64,000 nucleotides of DNA, taken from the NCBI GenBank assembly GCA_965250285.1, contig OZ252299.1, positions 2,592,001 to 2,656,000 on the forward strand, written 5' to 3'. The DNA is from Myxococcota bacterium (lineage in GTDB: Bacteria; Myxococcota_A; UBA9160; UBA4427). The stretch's first letter is position 1. Each line of letters opens with the position of its first letter. A program made the position numbers and the translations under genes. The notes under the pieces were generated by a model. The model made no database searches. It worked only from the letters and a program-made list of their open reading frames with translations, and had not been told where the DNA came from. This document shows, piece after piece, positions 10,530 to 19,815 of the stretch.

Positions 10530-10821
10530 GCGATTTAGCAAGATCAGGGCCTTACGGCGGAATTGGGTGCCTCTGAGGGGGCCTCGCTCCTCGACCCAGA
10601 TTTGAGGTCACATGACCCAGATGATGGTTATGGCAGCGGAGATCGTACCCAAGTGCGCAGGCGCGAGTCCCACAAGAAAAGTGGAAGAGGTCCCGGGCTA
10701 GGCGCCCCTACGGCGGGCGTACCGCGGGACCCGTTGCCGGCCTTCCGGCCGCCCGATCGCTACAGGAGCGAACGTCGGGGAAGTTGGGGGCTGAGCCTCC
10801 CCCGCGCCGGAGCGCAGCGCT

Positions 10822-11538
10822 CTAGCTGTCGCGCAGCACGTTCCGCGCGCGGTTGGGCGCAAGGCGCATCAGCGCAGGCAAAAGGCGCGCCTTGCCCACA
10901 AAGACCTCGTCCTTTCCGGCGGCAAGGCCGCGGAGCAGCTTCGCGACGAAGTCTTCGACCTCCATGGCGCCGTCGTGCCGCCCAGCCGTCATCGGTGTCT
11001 TGACGAGCGGCGTCACCACGTCGACTACGCGGATGCCCCTGGGCTCGAGCTGAAATCGCAGGCCGCGGGAGAAGTTGCTGAGCGCCGCCTTGGTGGCACA
11101 GTAGACCGGCGCACTCGCCTTCGGCGCGATCGCGAGGCCCGAGGACAGCTGCACCACCACGGGGTCGCGGCCTCGTTCGAGCAGCGGCAGGAGCTTCGCC
11201 GTGAGCGCGATCGGCGCGAGCAGATTGATCGCGATCTCCTGCTCCACCGCGCCCTCGTCGAGGTCGCGATCGATGCGCGATGGCCGCTGGATGCCGGCAT
11301 TGTGAACGAGCAGGTCGAGCGCGTCGGTCTGCTTGCCGACCCATTCGACCAGGCTCGCACGTCCGTCGCGCGTCGCGAGATCACAGACGTGGGTCTCGGC
11401 TTCACTTCGCGCGAGCGCCTCTCCGTTGCGCCCGCAGGTGAGGACGCGCGCTCCCGCCGACAGGAGCGCGCTCACGAGCGCCTCGCCGATGCCCGAGCTG
11501 CCCCCCGTGACGAGTGTCGTCTTGCCGCTGAGATTCAT
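10822..11538 (-). CDS. SDR family oxidoreductase (DltE-like)
   Basis: TGGSSGIG, HNAG and YCATK motifs; ATG 11538 overlaps the TetR stop. Confidence 0.9.
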   Translation of the reverse strand: MNLSGKTTLVTGGSSGIGEALVSALLSAGARVLTCGRNGEALARSEAETHVCDLATRDGRASLVEWVGKQTDALDLLVHNAGIQRPSRIDRDLDEGAVEQEIAINLLAPIALTAKLLPLLERGRDPVVVQLSSGLAIAPKASAPVYCATKAALSNFSRGLRFQLEPRGIRVVDVVTPLVKTPMTAGRHDGAMEVEDFVAKLLRGLAAGKDEVFVGKARLLPALMRLAPNRARNVLRDS

Positions 11539-12209
11539 CCTTCGCTCCTCGCAGTCCGGACGATCTCGGGATCGAGCGCGTCCTCGGGGATCAGGGCATC
11601 GAGGAAGAGGTCCGCGATCTCTTCCTGGAAGGCGACGTCGGGCAGGCGGCCGCTCGGGAGCTGGATCTGTTCGTCGATCAGCAGCGCGGCGAGCCCGTGG
11701 ACGAGTGCCCAGCCGGCGGCCGACGCCATCTCCGTGGCCACCGGCCTGCGAGCGGAGAGCGCGAGGCACGCTGCCGTCGCCTCGCGGGCTGCAGCGGCGA
11801 TCGCGTCGTCGGCCGCGACCAGCTCCGGGTGCGCGGCGCGGTCACGGATCTCGTTCCCGGACATCAGGCGGTAGAGCTCGGGATGCGTCGCCGGAAACGC
11901 GAGGTAGCCACGCGCCAGGGCACGGAGTCGCTCGCGCGGGGCCGTCACGCCCGCGGCTGCGGTCGCGATCGATGCGCCGAGCTGTTCGAAGCCCTCGGTG
12001 GCCACTGCCGCGAGCAGCGCTTGCCGGTCCGCGAAGTGGTTGTAGGGAGCGGTGTGGGACACGCCGGCGCGCCGCGCCACGGCACGCAGGGTCAGAGCCT
12101 CCACACCCTCGGTCTCGAGCAGCTCCAAGCCTGCCGAGATCAGGGCGGGCCGCAGATTGCCGTGGTGATAGGCGGCTCGGGGGCGGGGCGAGCGAGCGGC
12201 GGTCTGCAT
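11535..12209 (-). CDS. TetR/AcrR family regulator (WHG-type C-terminus)
   Basis: YHHGNLR, TLRAVARRAGVSHTAPYNHF and WALVHG motifs. Confidence 0.9.
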   Translation of the reverse strand: MQTAARSPRPRAAYHHGNLRPALISAGLELLETEGVEALTLRAVARRAGVSHTAPYNHFADRQALLAAVATEGFEQLGASIATAAAGVTAPRERLRALARGYLAFPATHPELYRLMSGNEIRDRAAHPELVAADDAIAAAAREATAACLALSARRPVATEMASAAGWALVHGLAALLIDEQIQLPSGRLPDVAFQEEIADLFLDALIPEDALDPEIVRTARSEG

Positions 12210-12214
12210 GGCTT

Positions 12215-12248
12215 GATGTTGACACCATAAATATACGCTGTCAATATC
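12215..12248. promoter_or_regulatory. Symmetric divergent promoter / TetR operator
   Basis: GATGTTGACA-14 nt-TGTCAATATC inverted repeat provides TTGACA on both strands. Confidence 0.65.
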
Positions 12249-12253
12249 GGGTC

Positions 12254-12745
12254 ATGGGACGACTTTCCCTCCTCGCACTCCTTCTGGGGCCGCTTTGCGC
12301 TGGCTGCTTGTTCGACGGCCCCTTGGGCTTCGTGCCGGGAGGCGCGTTCGAGGCAGAGCTCGAGGCCGGCGACGAGCCCGAATGGTCCTTCGCGGTGGAC
12401 CTCGACTCGGTGGACGTCCAGATCGACTCTTCGCCCCCGCGCACCTTGCGCACCGGCATCGTCGTGCTCGATGGCATACCCCACCTCCCCGTGACCTACG
12501 CCTTTCTCAAGCGTTGGGGTGCGGTGGTGGCTGCGTCGCCTCGTGTGGTGCTGCGGGCAGACGGGCTCCTCGTCGAGCGCCACGCCGTCTTCGTCACCGA
12601 CGAGGCCGCCCACCGAGCCTTGCTCGCCGCGGGCCAGGCGAAGTACGGGGCGCCTTTCCACGGCTCGTGGACGTCGGGGGTGACCGACTGCTTTCGGCTC
12701 GACCCGCCGCACGGCGCGACTCCCGAAGCCGCTGCATCGAAGTAA
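12254..12745 (+). CDS. Hypothetical lipoprotein, split-barrel (DUF2255/DDN)-like
   Basis: C-terminal part of ORF 11333-12745; lipobox-like LCAGC; W...PRVVLR...KYG...FRLDP pattern. Confidence 0.65.
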   Translation: MGRLSLLALLLGPLCAGCLFDGPLGFVPGGAFEAELEAGDEPEWSFAVDLDSVDVQIDSSPPRTLRTGIVVLDGIPHLPVTYAFLKRWGAVVAASPRVVLRADGLLVERHAVFVTDEAAHRALLAAGQAKYGAPFHGSWTSGVTDCFRLDPPHGATPEAAASK

Positions 12746-12789
12746 GCCATCGTCGGAGCCATCGCGCCCGCAGTATTAGGAGGCTCGTC

Positions 12790-13209
12790 GTGAAGATCAC
12801 AGGTTTCGCGAGGATCGTCGCGCTTGGGCTCCTGGCCTATGTGGGGCTGGTCGTGGTCGTCGAGTCGACGCTCGGGCTCCTGCAGCCGGAGGTGGGCGGC
12901 ACGTTCGTCATCACGACGACGGACGAAGAAGGAATCTCTTCGGACCGTGTGCTTGTGCAGAACTTCAGCGGGGGTCGGCTCTACGCCTCCGCGAACCACT
13001 GGCCCCGGGCCTGGTACCACGATGCCGTGAAGAACCCCAAGGTGCGGGTGACCCTGGATGGAGTCATGGCGGACTACGTCGCCGTTCCCGTCGACACGGA
13101 GGAACACGAACGGGTGGAAGCCGAAATCGGGAACGGGATCATGCTGAAGTTCCTGTTCGGGTTCGCTCCGCAGAGGTTCCTGCGGCTCGATCTGGTCGAG
13201 GGCCGCTAG
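12790..13209 (+). CDS. Membrane-anchored DDN/nitroreductase-like split-barrel protein
   Basis: AGGAGG RBS then GTG 12790; TM anchor; AWYHDAVKNPKVRV resembles the DDN WyxNlxanPxv motif; ends FLRLD. Confidence 0.65.
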   Translation: MKITGFARIVALGLLAYVGLVVVVESTLGLLQPEVGGTFVITTTDEEGISSDRVLVQNFSGGRLYASANHWPRAWYHDAVKNPKVRVTLDGVMADYVAVPVDTEEHERVEAEIGNGIMLKFLFGFAPQRFLRLDLVEGR

Positions 13210-13369
13210 GCAGGGCGCCCGCTCCCCATCGCACGAATCCGCTCTTTCGTGAGTCCGGAGCGAGGCCGTCGCCCGGCCGGACTGACCCGATCCCCAGCCG
13301 CTTCACCTGCGCGTAGAGAACTTCGTGAGTGGGTCTTCAACTGCTTCCGCTTCGATTGCCCCGCTGGAA

Positions 13370-13461
13370 GTGCCTCAGAGGTGCCTCAAACGAAAAAGCA
13401 GCCACGCAAGTGGCTGCTTTCGTTAAGGAATTGGTGGAGGCGGCGGGAATCGAACCCGCGT
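13370..13461. repeat. Proximal copy of the 92-bp att-like repeat
   Basis: Matches 10438-10529 at 90/92 positions. Confidence 0.93.
13389..13424 (-). terminator. Intrinsic terminator after tmRNA (second copy at 10457-10492)
   Basis: GCAGCCAC-TTGC-GTGGCTGC stem followed by TTTTTCGTTT on the minus strand. Confidence 0.8.
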
Positions 13462-13799
13462 CCGAATGGCGTCCAATCGACGCGTCTACGTGCGTAGTCC
13501 TCGCCCAGATTCGGGTGGCGCAGTCGCGAGGTCCTGGAGAACGCTCACCCTATCTCGACGTCGATCTTACTTCCGGATACGGCCGAGAAGCGCTCGGAAG
13601 CCAGTCTCCTCATGACTCTGGCGACCCGCTAGGAGACGTCACGGACCAGAGCTCACTCACCTAATTTTTGTTAGGCAGCGAGAGCGTAGTTGTCGTCGGC
13701 ATTTGAAAAACACCAGACTTGCCGCCTGATTAACGAGAGCACGACCATCTCGGCACGCAGCGTCCACCTTCGACCACCCGTCGAAACCGGATCGCCCCC
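13432..13799 (-). ncRNA. ssrA: tmRNA
   Basis: 5' GGGGGCGATCCGGTTTCGAC; 3' T-arm GGGTTCGATTCCC...CCTCCACCA; tag ORF ADDNYALAA* at 13700-13671. Confidence 0.96.
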
Positions 13800-13829
13800 A
13801 CGACCGACCCATCGGCCGGTGAGCACCGG

Positions 13830-13857
13830 AAGGTAAGCGTGTCGCCGCGTCGGTCAA
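13830..13857 (-). promoter_or_regulatory. Putative ssrA promoter
   Basis: TTGACC-16 nt-TACCTT, about 30 nt upstream of the mature 5' end. Confidence 0.5.
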
Positions 13858-13920
13858 GGCGGCGGCCCCCAGGGCCGCGCATTCAGGCGCGTGCCCTGCC
13901 CTCGCCCGCCCGGCTGCGTC

Positions 13921-14535
13921 TCAGTTGCCGGGGCAAGGGTCGAGCCGCAGCGCCACCGACGTGGGCCGCGCCTCGGCCGGGTAGAGGCCGATGCTCGAGG
14001 CGACCTGGGCGACGCCGTACTTCTCGATCTTGCGGGCGTGGATGTCGGCGACGGTCGGCCGATCTTCGAAGAGCACGGGCACCACGCAGCGGGTCTCGCC
14101 CGCCCGCAGCACCTCGAGCTGCGCGCCGTCGAGCGCATGCTCGACCGCCTTCGTCTTCGGCATGCCCACCCACTCGCCGTCTTCGCGGTCGATCACCCAG
14201 AGCCGAAGCTCAGCCGGCCGCCCCTCGCTGTCGTAGGCGTAGAGCGAGATCACCTCTTCGAGCTCGGACATCGTCGCGTAGAGCGCGAAGAAGAGGATGA
14301 TCGGGCTGAGCGCGAGCGCCGCGCCCACGAGCGGTCGCGGCACACCGGGCCAGACGAGCAGCCCGCCGAGCACGAGCGCCCCGAGACCGCCGAAGAGGTT
14401 GCCGCCGCGCGGCACCGCGTAGGCCCCCTCGTGCTGCAGTCGAATCGCGAACACCACGAAGCCGAGCGCGATCAGCACGAGGCCGATCGCGCGCTGCACA
14501 GTCGAGGGTCGATCTTTCTGGCTGTCTCCGATCAC
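13921..14535 (-). CDS. Membrane protein with C-terminal split-barrel-like domain
   Basis: 3 TM helices then EVISL...RLWVID...EKYG...LRLDP, similar to 36109-36507. Confidence 0.7.
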   Translation of the reverse strand: MIGDSQKDRPSTVQRAIGLVLIALGFVVFAIRLQHEGAYAVPRGGNLFGGLGALVLGGLLVWPGVPRPLVGAALALSPIILFFALYATMSELEEVISLYAYDSEGRPAELRLWVIDREDGEWVGMPKTKAVEHALDGAQLEVLRAGETRCVVPVLFEDRPTVADIHARKIEKYGVAQVASSIGLYPAEARPTSVALRLDPCPGN

Positions 14536-14587
14536 GTCTGGCCTTCCCGCCTTCGGGCGCGTTCACGCAGGGCGCTGTGCGCAGAGC

Positions 14588-15910
14588 CTACTCGAGGTAC
14601 CCCACGGCGCGCAGCCGCTCGGCGATCGACGGGTCGATGCGCACGTTCTCGCGACTGATGCCGGCGCGGGGCGGCGCGGCGAGGTGCGCGTCGAGGCGAG
14701 CGCGCATGTGGGCCGCCGCGTCGGGCTCGAACTCGACCACGTTCGCGTCTTCGACCACGTCCCACTCGAGGTCGAAGAGACGTTCGCGCGCGGCTTCGTC
14801 ACGGTCGCGCACGAACGTCCACGCCCCGTCGTTGAGCGCCGTCTGCAGCGTCGCGCCGGGCATGATCGGCGCGGGCAGCGATGCAAAGCTCGGCCGGTCG
14901 GTCGCGTCGCCCTCCCCCGTGATCAGCGGCACGAGCGATCGCCCCTCGAAGTCGTCCGGCACGGGGATGCCCGCCAGGTCGAGCATCGTGGGCGCGATGT
15001 CGAGGTTGCGCACCTGGGTCGACACGCGCATCGCCGGCACGTCGAAGGGCAGTCGAACGATGAGCGGCACGCGCAGCACCGGGCTGTAGACGTTGTAGGC
15101 GTGCCCGTGCCGACCGTTCTCACCGAACGTCTCGCCGTGGTCGCTCGCGACGATCAGCACCGTGTTCTCGAGCATGCCCGCGCGGTCGAGCACCCGCGCC
15201 ACGCGCGCGAGCACCTCGTCGGTCCAGCGGATCGACGCCAGGTAGAAGCCCTTCTGGTCTTGGCCGAAGATGCGGTGATCGGCGGGCGCGGCGTACTCGT
15301 GCACGTCCATGAAGTGCAGATACAGAAAGAAGGGGCGCGCGGGGTCGCGCCCCTCGATCAAGCGCTGCCCCTCTTCGAGGATGCGGTCGCCATGGGGCCA
15401 CAGCGACGAAGACCACAGCGCCCGCGCCGCCCCATCGGCCCGGGGAAAGACGTAGTGATCGAAGCCCTGCTCGAAGCCGAAGCTCTGCTCGAGCCAGCCA
15501 TTGCTCTGCACGGCGGCCGTGGCGTAGCCCGCGTCGCGAAACACCTCGGCGACGGGCCGGGCGCCGTCGGCCAGCCCGTCGGTCATCGCCTCGACGCCAT
15601 GGGTCTGAGGCCAGAGCGACGTGAGCATCGACGTCATCGACACCTTGGTCCACGACGACTGCGCGAGCACGTGCTCGAACGTGATGCCATGCTCGGCCCA
15701 GCGCTGCAGCTCGGGCGACGTCGGCTGGTCGTAGCCGTAGGGTTCGAGCCAATCGGCGCGCAGCGTATCGACGAGCAGTAGGACGACGTTCGGGCGATCG
15801 AGCGCCGCGATGCGCTCGGCGAGGTCGTCTTCGGTCGCGGCGCGATGGCACGCGAGCGAGCCCAGCGTCCAAGCGACGACGCCCAACAGCGTCGGCATCC
15901 AACGGCGCAT
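14588..15910 (-). CDS. Sulfatase-like (alkaline phosphatase superfamily) lipoprotein
   Basis: PNVVLLLVDTLRAD, SWTKVS, DVHEY and SDHGE motifs; lipobox SLAC; start re-picked at 15910. Confidence 0.85.
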   Translation of the reverse strand: MRRWMPTLLGVVAWTLGSLACHRAATEDDLAERIAALDRPNVVLLLVDTLRADWLEPYGYDQPTSPELQRWAEHGITFEHVLAQSSWTKVSMTSMLTSLWPQTHGVEAMTDGLADGARPVAEVFRDAGYATAAVQSNGWLEQSFGFEQGFDHYVFPRADGAARALWSSSLWPHGDRILEEGQRLIEGRDPARPFFLYLHFMDVHEYAAPADHRIFGQDQKGFYLASIRWTDEVLARVARVLDRAGMLENTVLIVASDHGETFGENGRHGHAYNVYSPVLRVPLIVRLPFDVPAMRVSTQVRNLDIAPTMLDLAGIPVPDDFEGRSLVPLITGEGDATDRPSFASLPAPIMPGATLQTALNDGAWTFVRDRDEAARERLFDLEWDVVEDANVVEFEPDAAAHMRARLDAHLAAPPRAGISRENVRIDPSIAERLRAVGYLE

Positions 15911-15920
15911 GCGCGACAGC

Positions 15921-18290
15921 TCAGCGCAGCGAAGCGAGCGCATCGTCGATCCTTTCGCTGAGCCGAGGGTCGGTCGAGGGCGCGTCTCGAAGCCCGACGA
16001 GCAGCGTGTGCGCGTCGTCGCGTCGACCGACGTCGCGGTACGCCAGCGCGAGGTGGTACACGACCTCGTCCGATTCAGGGTCGAGCCGCCGCGCCTTCTC
16101 GAGCATCGCCCCGGCCCGCGCCGGAAGCCCCGCATCGAGGTACAGCGAAGCGAGCGTGTCGATCACGACGGGCTCTTCCTCGGCGCGGGCGAACGCCGCC
16201 TGCGCGACCGCGATCGCCTCGCGCGTGCGCCCCGCGCGCCCGAGGATCAGCGCGAGGTTGTTGCGCGCCCCGACGCTCTCGGGGTCGAGCTCGATGGCCC
16301 GTGTGTAGGCGCGCACGGCCTCGGCCTCGCGCCCGGCGCGGTCGGCCGCGATCGCCTGGCGCAGCGCGAGATCGCCCGACGTCGGGTCGAGCTCGACGGC
16401 TCGGGCATAGGGCTCGAGCGACGCCTCGAAGCGGCCGACCGACGCGAGATAGTCGGCGGCCATGCGATGCGGCTCGGGGTCGTCGGGATCGAGCGCGGCC
16501 ACGCGCGCGGCCTCGGCGAGCGCGTCGTCGGCCCGACCCGAGGCGAAGAGCAGATAGATGCGCGCATGGCGAATCGCCGGGGGGGCATGGCCGTCGGCCT
16601 CGGCGACGTCGAGCAGCGCGAGGGCCTCACGCGCCCGGCCCTGCCGACCGAGCAGCGTGGCCCGCTCGGCGATCCAGATCGGGTCGCGTCGCTGCGCCGG
16701 GCTGGCCTCGTTCAGCACGGCATCGGCCTCGGCGAGTCGACCCTGTCGCCGCAGCGCCACCGCCAGCGCGACTCGGCTCTCGACGTGCTCGGCGTTCTCG
16801 TCGAGGTGCGCGCGCATGATCTGCTCGGCCGTCTCGCTCTCGCCGAGCGCGAGTCGGGCCCTGGCCATGGCCTGCAGCGCCCGGTCGCGCAGCGGCGCGA
16901 ACTGCGCGGCATAGAACGAGACCGCAGCGAGCTGTTCCCAGCTCTGGCGCATCTCGACGACGCGGAGCAGCCCGGCCCAGGCCTGCATCTGCGAAGCCCC
17001 GCCGCCCGTCGCGACCAGGCCATAGCGCAGCTCGGCGCCCTCGAAGTCGCCAGCGCGTTCGAGCGCGATCGCGAGCAGCAGGTTCACGTCGCTGCGATCG
17101 AGGCGCGACACCACGAGGGCGAGCCGCTGCGCGGCGGCCTCGGGGCGCCCCTCGGCCAGATCGAGCCGGCCGAGCAGATAGTCGCGACGCGGATTGCGGG
17201 GGTGATCGCGGCCAAACGCCTCGATGGCCGCGCGCGCCTCGTCGAGCTCGCCGAGCTCGATCTGCATGGCGATGCGCTGATAGCGCAGCTCGATGCGCTG
17301 CAGATCATCGGCGCCCGCCGGCAGCTCTTCGAGCAGCGCCGCGGCTTCGCGCGTTCGCCCGCGCTGGTGCAGAAAGTTCACCAGCGTCGCGAGCACCGCC
17401 GCGCTCGGCTCGGCGTCGGCGTGCGCCCGCAGATGGCGCTCGGCGCGCTCGAAATCGCCGGCCGCCATCGCCGCCTGGGCGACCAGCGCATGCAGCGCTG
17501 TCGCCTCGGGTGCGGCGACCAGCGCCGCTTCCAACCGCTCCGCGGCCTCTCCCGCGCGACCGAGATCGACGAGGATCGTGGTGTGGATTCGCGCCGCATC
17601 CACGGCCGCCGGATCGGCGGCGAGCAGTGCTTCGGTGAGGCGCAGCGCCGAGGCCGCCCCCTCGACCTCGGCGACGAGCTCGGCTTCGCGCACCGCCAGC
17701 CCCGCACGCTCGGCGTCGGGCACGTCGTCATGGGCCTGCATCGCGCGCACGACGGCGAGCGCTTCGGCATCGCGATCCTCGAGCCGAAGCAGGTCGATGC
17801 GCTCGTGGCCGTAGAGCACCGGCTCGCCGTAGCGCTGCTCGGCCGCCTCGAGGATCGACAACCCCTCGTCGAGGCGTCCCGACTGCACGACGGCGCGCGC
17901 GCGAAGCACCTCGGCATAGGCCGCGCGCGGCGTATCAGCGGGCAGCCGATCGAGGGCCGCCAGGGCCGCCGCGGCATCGCCGACGCGCAGACTCGTTTCG
18001 GCCAGGCCGACGATCAACGCCTCATGGCCCGGATGGCGCTCGGTGGCCGCCTCGAGCAGCCAGCGCGCTTCGTTCATCTCACCGATCTCGGCGAGCAGGC
18101 GCGCGAGCTCGATCACGGCCTCGGGCGTATCGGGCAGCTCGCGCCCCATGTCGAACGCGGCTTCGCGCGCCGCGACGAGATCCTGGTCGGCGACCGCCTC
18201 GCGAAAGCGTGCGTTGGCGTCGCGTGCATCGCCGTCGCAGCCGACGCACGCCACGAGCAGGGCGAGCATCGACACGCGACCGATGGCCAC
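15921..18290 (-). CDS. Large TPR lipoprotein
   Basis: Lipobox-like ACVGC; many TPR-like repeats (AVELDP, AIELDP, RNNLA). Confidence 0.85.
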   Translation of the reverse strand: MAIGRVSMLALLVACVGCDGDARDANARFREAVADQDLVAAREAAFDMGRELPDTPEAVIELARLLAEIGEMNEARWLLEAATERHPGHEALIVGLAETSLRVGDAAAALAALDRLPADTPRAAYAEVLRARAVVQSGRLDEGLSILEAAEQRYGEPVLYGHERIDLLRLEDRDAEALAVVRAMQAHDDVPDAERAGLAVREAELVAEVEGAASALRLTEALLAADPAAVDAARIHTTILVDLGRAGEAAERLEAALVAAPEATALHALVAQAAMAAGDFERAERHLRAHADAEPSAAVLATLVNFLHQRGRTREAAALLEELPAGADDLQRIELRYQRIAMQIELGELDEARAAIEAFGRDHPRNPRRDYLLGRLDLAEGRPEAAAQRLALVVSRLDRSDVNLLLAIALERAGDFEGAELRYGLVATGGGASQMQAWAGLLRVVEMRQSWEQLAAVSFYAAQFAPLRDRALQAMARARLALGESETAEQIMRAHLDENAEHVESRVALAVALRRQGRLAEADAVLNEASPAQRRDPIWIAERATLLGRQGRAREALALLDVAEADGHAPPAIRHARIYLLFASGRADDALAEAARVAALDPDDPEPHRMAADYLASVGRFEASLEPYARAVELDPTSGDLALRQAIAADRAGREAEAVRAYTRAIELDPESVGARNNLALILGRAGRTREAIAVAQAAFARAEEEPVVIDTLASLYLDAGLPARAGAMLEKARRLDPESDEVVYHLALAYRDVGRRDDAHTLLVGLRDAPSTDPRLSERIDDALASLR

Positions 18291-18414
18291 CGCGACGCCG
18301 ATGCACCCCGAAACGAATCGAGGCGCCGAGGATCGAATCCCCGGCGCCTCGCACGTGCTGTTCGCGTTGGTTCTCGAGTTCAGTGGAGTCCCTGGCTTCG
18401 CGCCTCGAACTCGG

Positions 18415-19152
18415 TCACGCGGTCCGTCGGCGATTGATGCCGTAGCCGGTCGCGAGCAGGCCGGCGAGCACCGCGATCGTACCCGCTGCGCCGAAGACCG
18501 GCACCGGGAGGTCGCTCGCGACCCACGTCCGCGACACCTCGCTGCCGACGTAGGTGACCTGCGTCGTGACGCCGGGCCCCGCGGTCTGCACCGGGCCCGT
18601 GCCCTGAAAGTTGCCGTTGCCGGCCGGCGCGCCGGTGAACACGAGCGGCGGGATCGGGAAGGTGCCCGAGCCGCTCTGCGGGATGTCGGTCGAAGCGGGG
18701 ATGCCGGTGAACACGCCCGTCGCCGAGCAGATGCCCGGGATGGTCGTTTCGGCGCAGTGCAGGTAGCCGGTGACCGTGTGGTTCGCGACCACGGGCAGGT
18801 TCAGCGTGGCGCCGGTTAGCGTACCCGAAGCCGGGTACAGGCCCGGGTTCAGGACGTTCGTGTTTTCGCCGGTCACGATGATGATGCCGGCGTCCTGGTT
18901 GATCGTGCCCTCGATCGTGCCCGCCACCAGTCGGCCGGCGTCGAGCGCCGCCCCCGACGAGGCCGCCGGATACTCGATCGTGATCGTGCCCGTGATCGGG
19001 TCGGTGTAGTTGCCACCGGGGTTGGTCGTCGCGAGCGAGCTGCCCGCCAGGTCGTACTCGACCATCCAGTAGCCGGCCTGTGCGCCGCCGCTGAGAGCCA
19101 GCGAAAGGATCGACAGCGCCACGAGCCGAAGCATCGTGCTGGTGCGTAACAT
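18415..19152 (-). CDS. Secreted protein with IPTL/PEP-CTERM-like sorting signal
   Basis: GGGGGAG RBS, signal peptide, Thr/Gly-rich body, ends VPVFG-hydrophobic helix-RRR. Confidence 0.75.
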   Translation of the reverse strand: MLRTSTMLRLVALSILSLALSGGAQAGYWMVEYDLAGSSLATTNPGGNYTDPITGTITIEYPAASSGAALDAGRLVAGTIEGTINQDAGIIIVTGENTNVLNPGLYPASGTLTGATLNLPVVANHTVTGYLHCAETTIPGICSATGVFTGIPASTDIPQSGSGTFPIPPLVFTGAPAGNGNFQGTGPVQTAGPGVTTQVTYVGSEVSRTWVASDLPVPVFGAAGTIAVLAGLLATGYGINRRRTA

Positions 19153-19815
19153 CTGAGGTTCTCCCCCTCGAATTGAATTCGGTCTGCCGCAGAACACGCC
19201 TCTCCAGACCGTCGGCTCCGTCCAACGACCCAGAGTCATCACGCGCACATCCTCTCACCGGCGCAGGCAAGCTTCCTATTCAAACTATCGCTCGAGTTGT
19301 GTCGGAACCCCGGAGGGCCATCGCTGAATGGAGTTTCACCCGTGAAACGCGGGTGGAATGACCCGACCAGGCTTCGACATTCGAGCGGAAGGGTCGCGGC
19401 TCCTTCGCGCCGATCCGCACAAAGCCGACGCGCCCGCGTGTGCCTGCGCGCGAGACCGGCTCACGCGCCGCGGTGCATCGACCCACTCGGCGAGCGCGCG
19501 CGAACGACGCGCCGGCGCGAGCCCTCGCGGCTCCGCGTCGCGCGCGATCGAGGCCACGCGTTCGACGGTTCGGAGGATCGGGCCGGGCAACGCTGCACGC
19601 AGTCTCGGTTCGGGTCGCGTTTTCGAGTGCTTGCGCCGGCTTCTGCCGATTCGCGCCCGCCGACTGGGTCTCGAGAAATCTTGCGGTTCTGCGACATCGC
19701 CACTCGATGCGTCACAGGCATTGCCGGTAGGATTGGGTCGGAAGCTCCCGCTGCCTTTTCGCAACGTCACGCCTCGCGCTGGGCCCGTGCTTCGGGCCAT
19801 CACAGGGTTCATTCG

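Larger units (their letters stand above)
10500..13461. mobile_element. Putative integrase-less mini-island at ssrA
   Basis: Bounded by duplicated tmRNA 3' ends 2932 bp apart; carries 4 genes and no recombinase. Confidence 0.7.

Noticed and set aside
13249..13497. ORFs 10221-10538 and 13249-13497 sharing ASEVPQTKKQPRKWLLSL
   Set aside because: The shared peptide is just a translation of the non-coding att repeat, antisense to tmRNA.
15810..18437. Long opposite-strand ORFs (also 28829-31759, 44182-46827, 58743-60743, 62142-63851)
   Set aside because: Typical high-GC shadow ORFs opposite well-supported genes, with no recognisable motifs.
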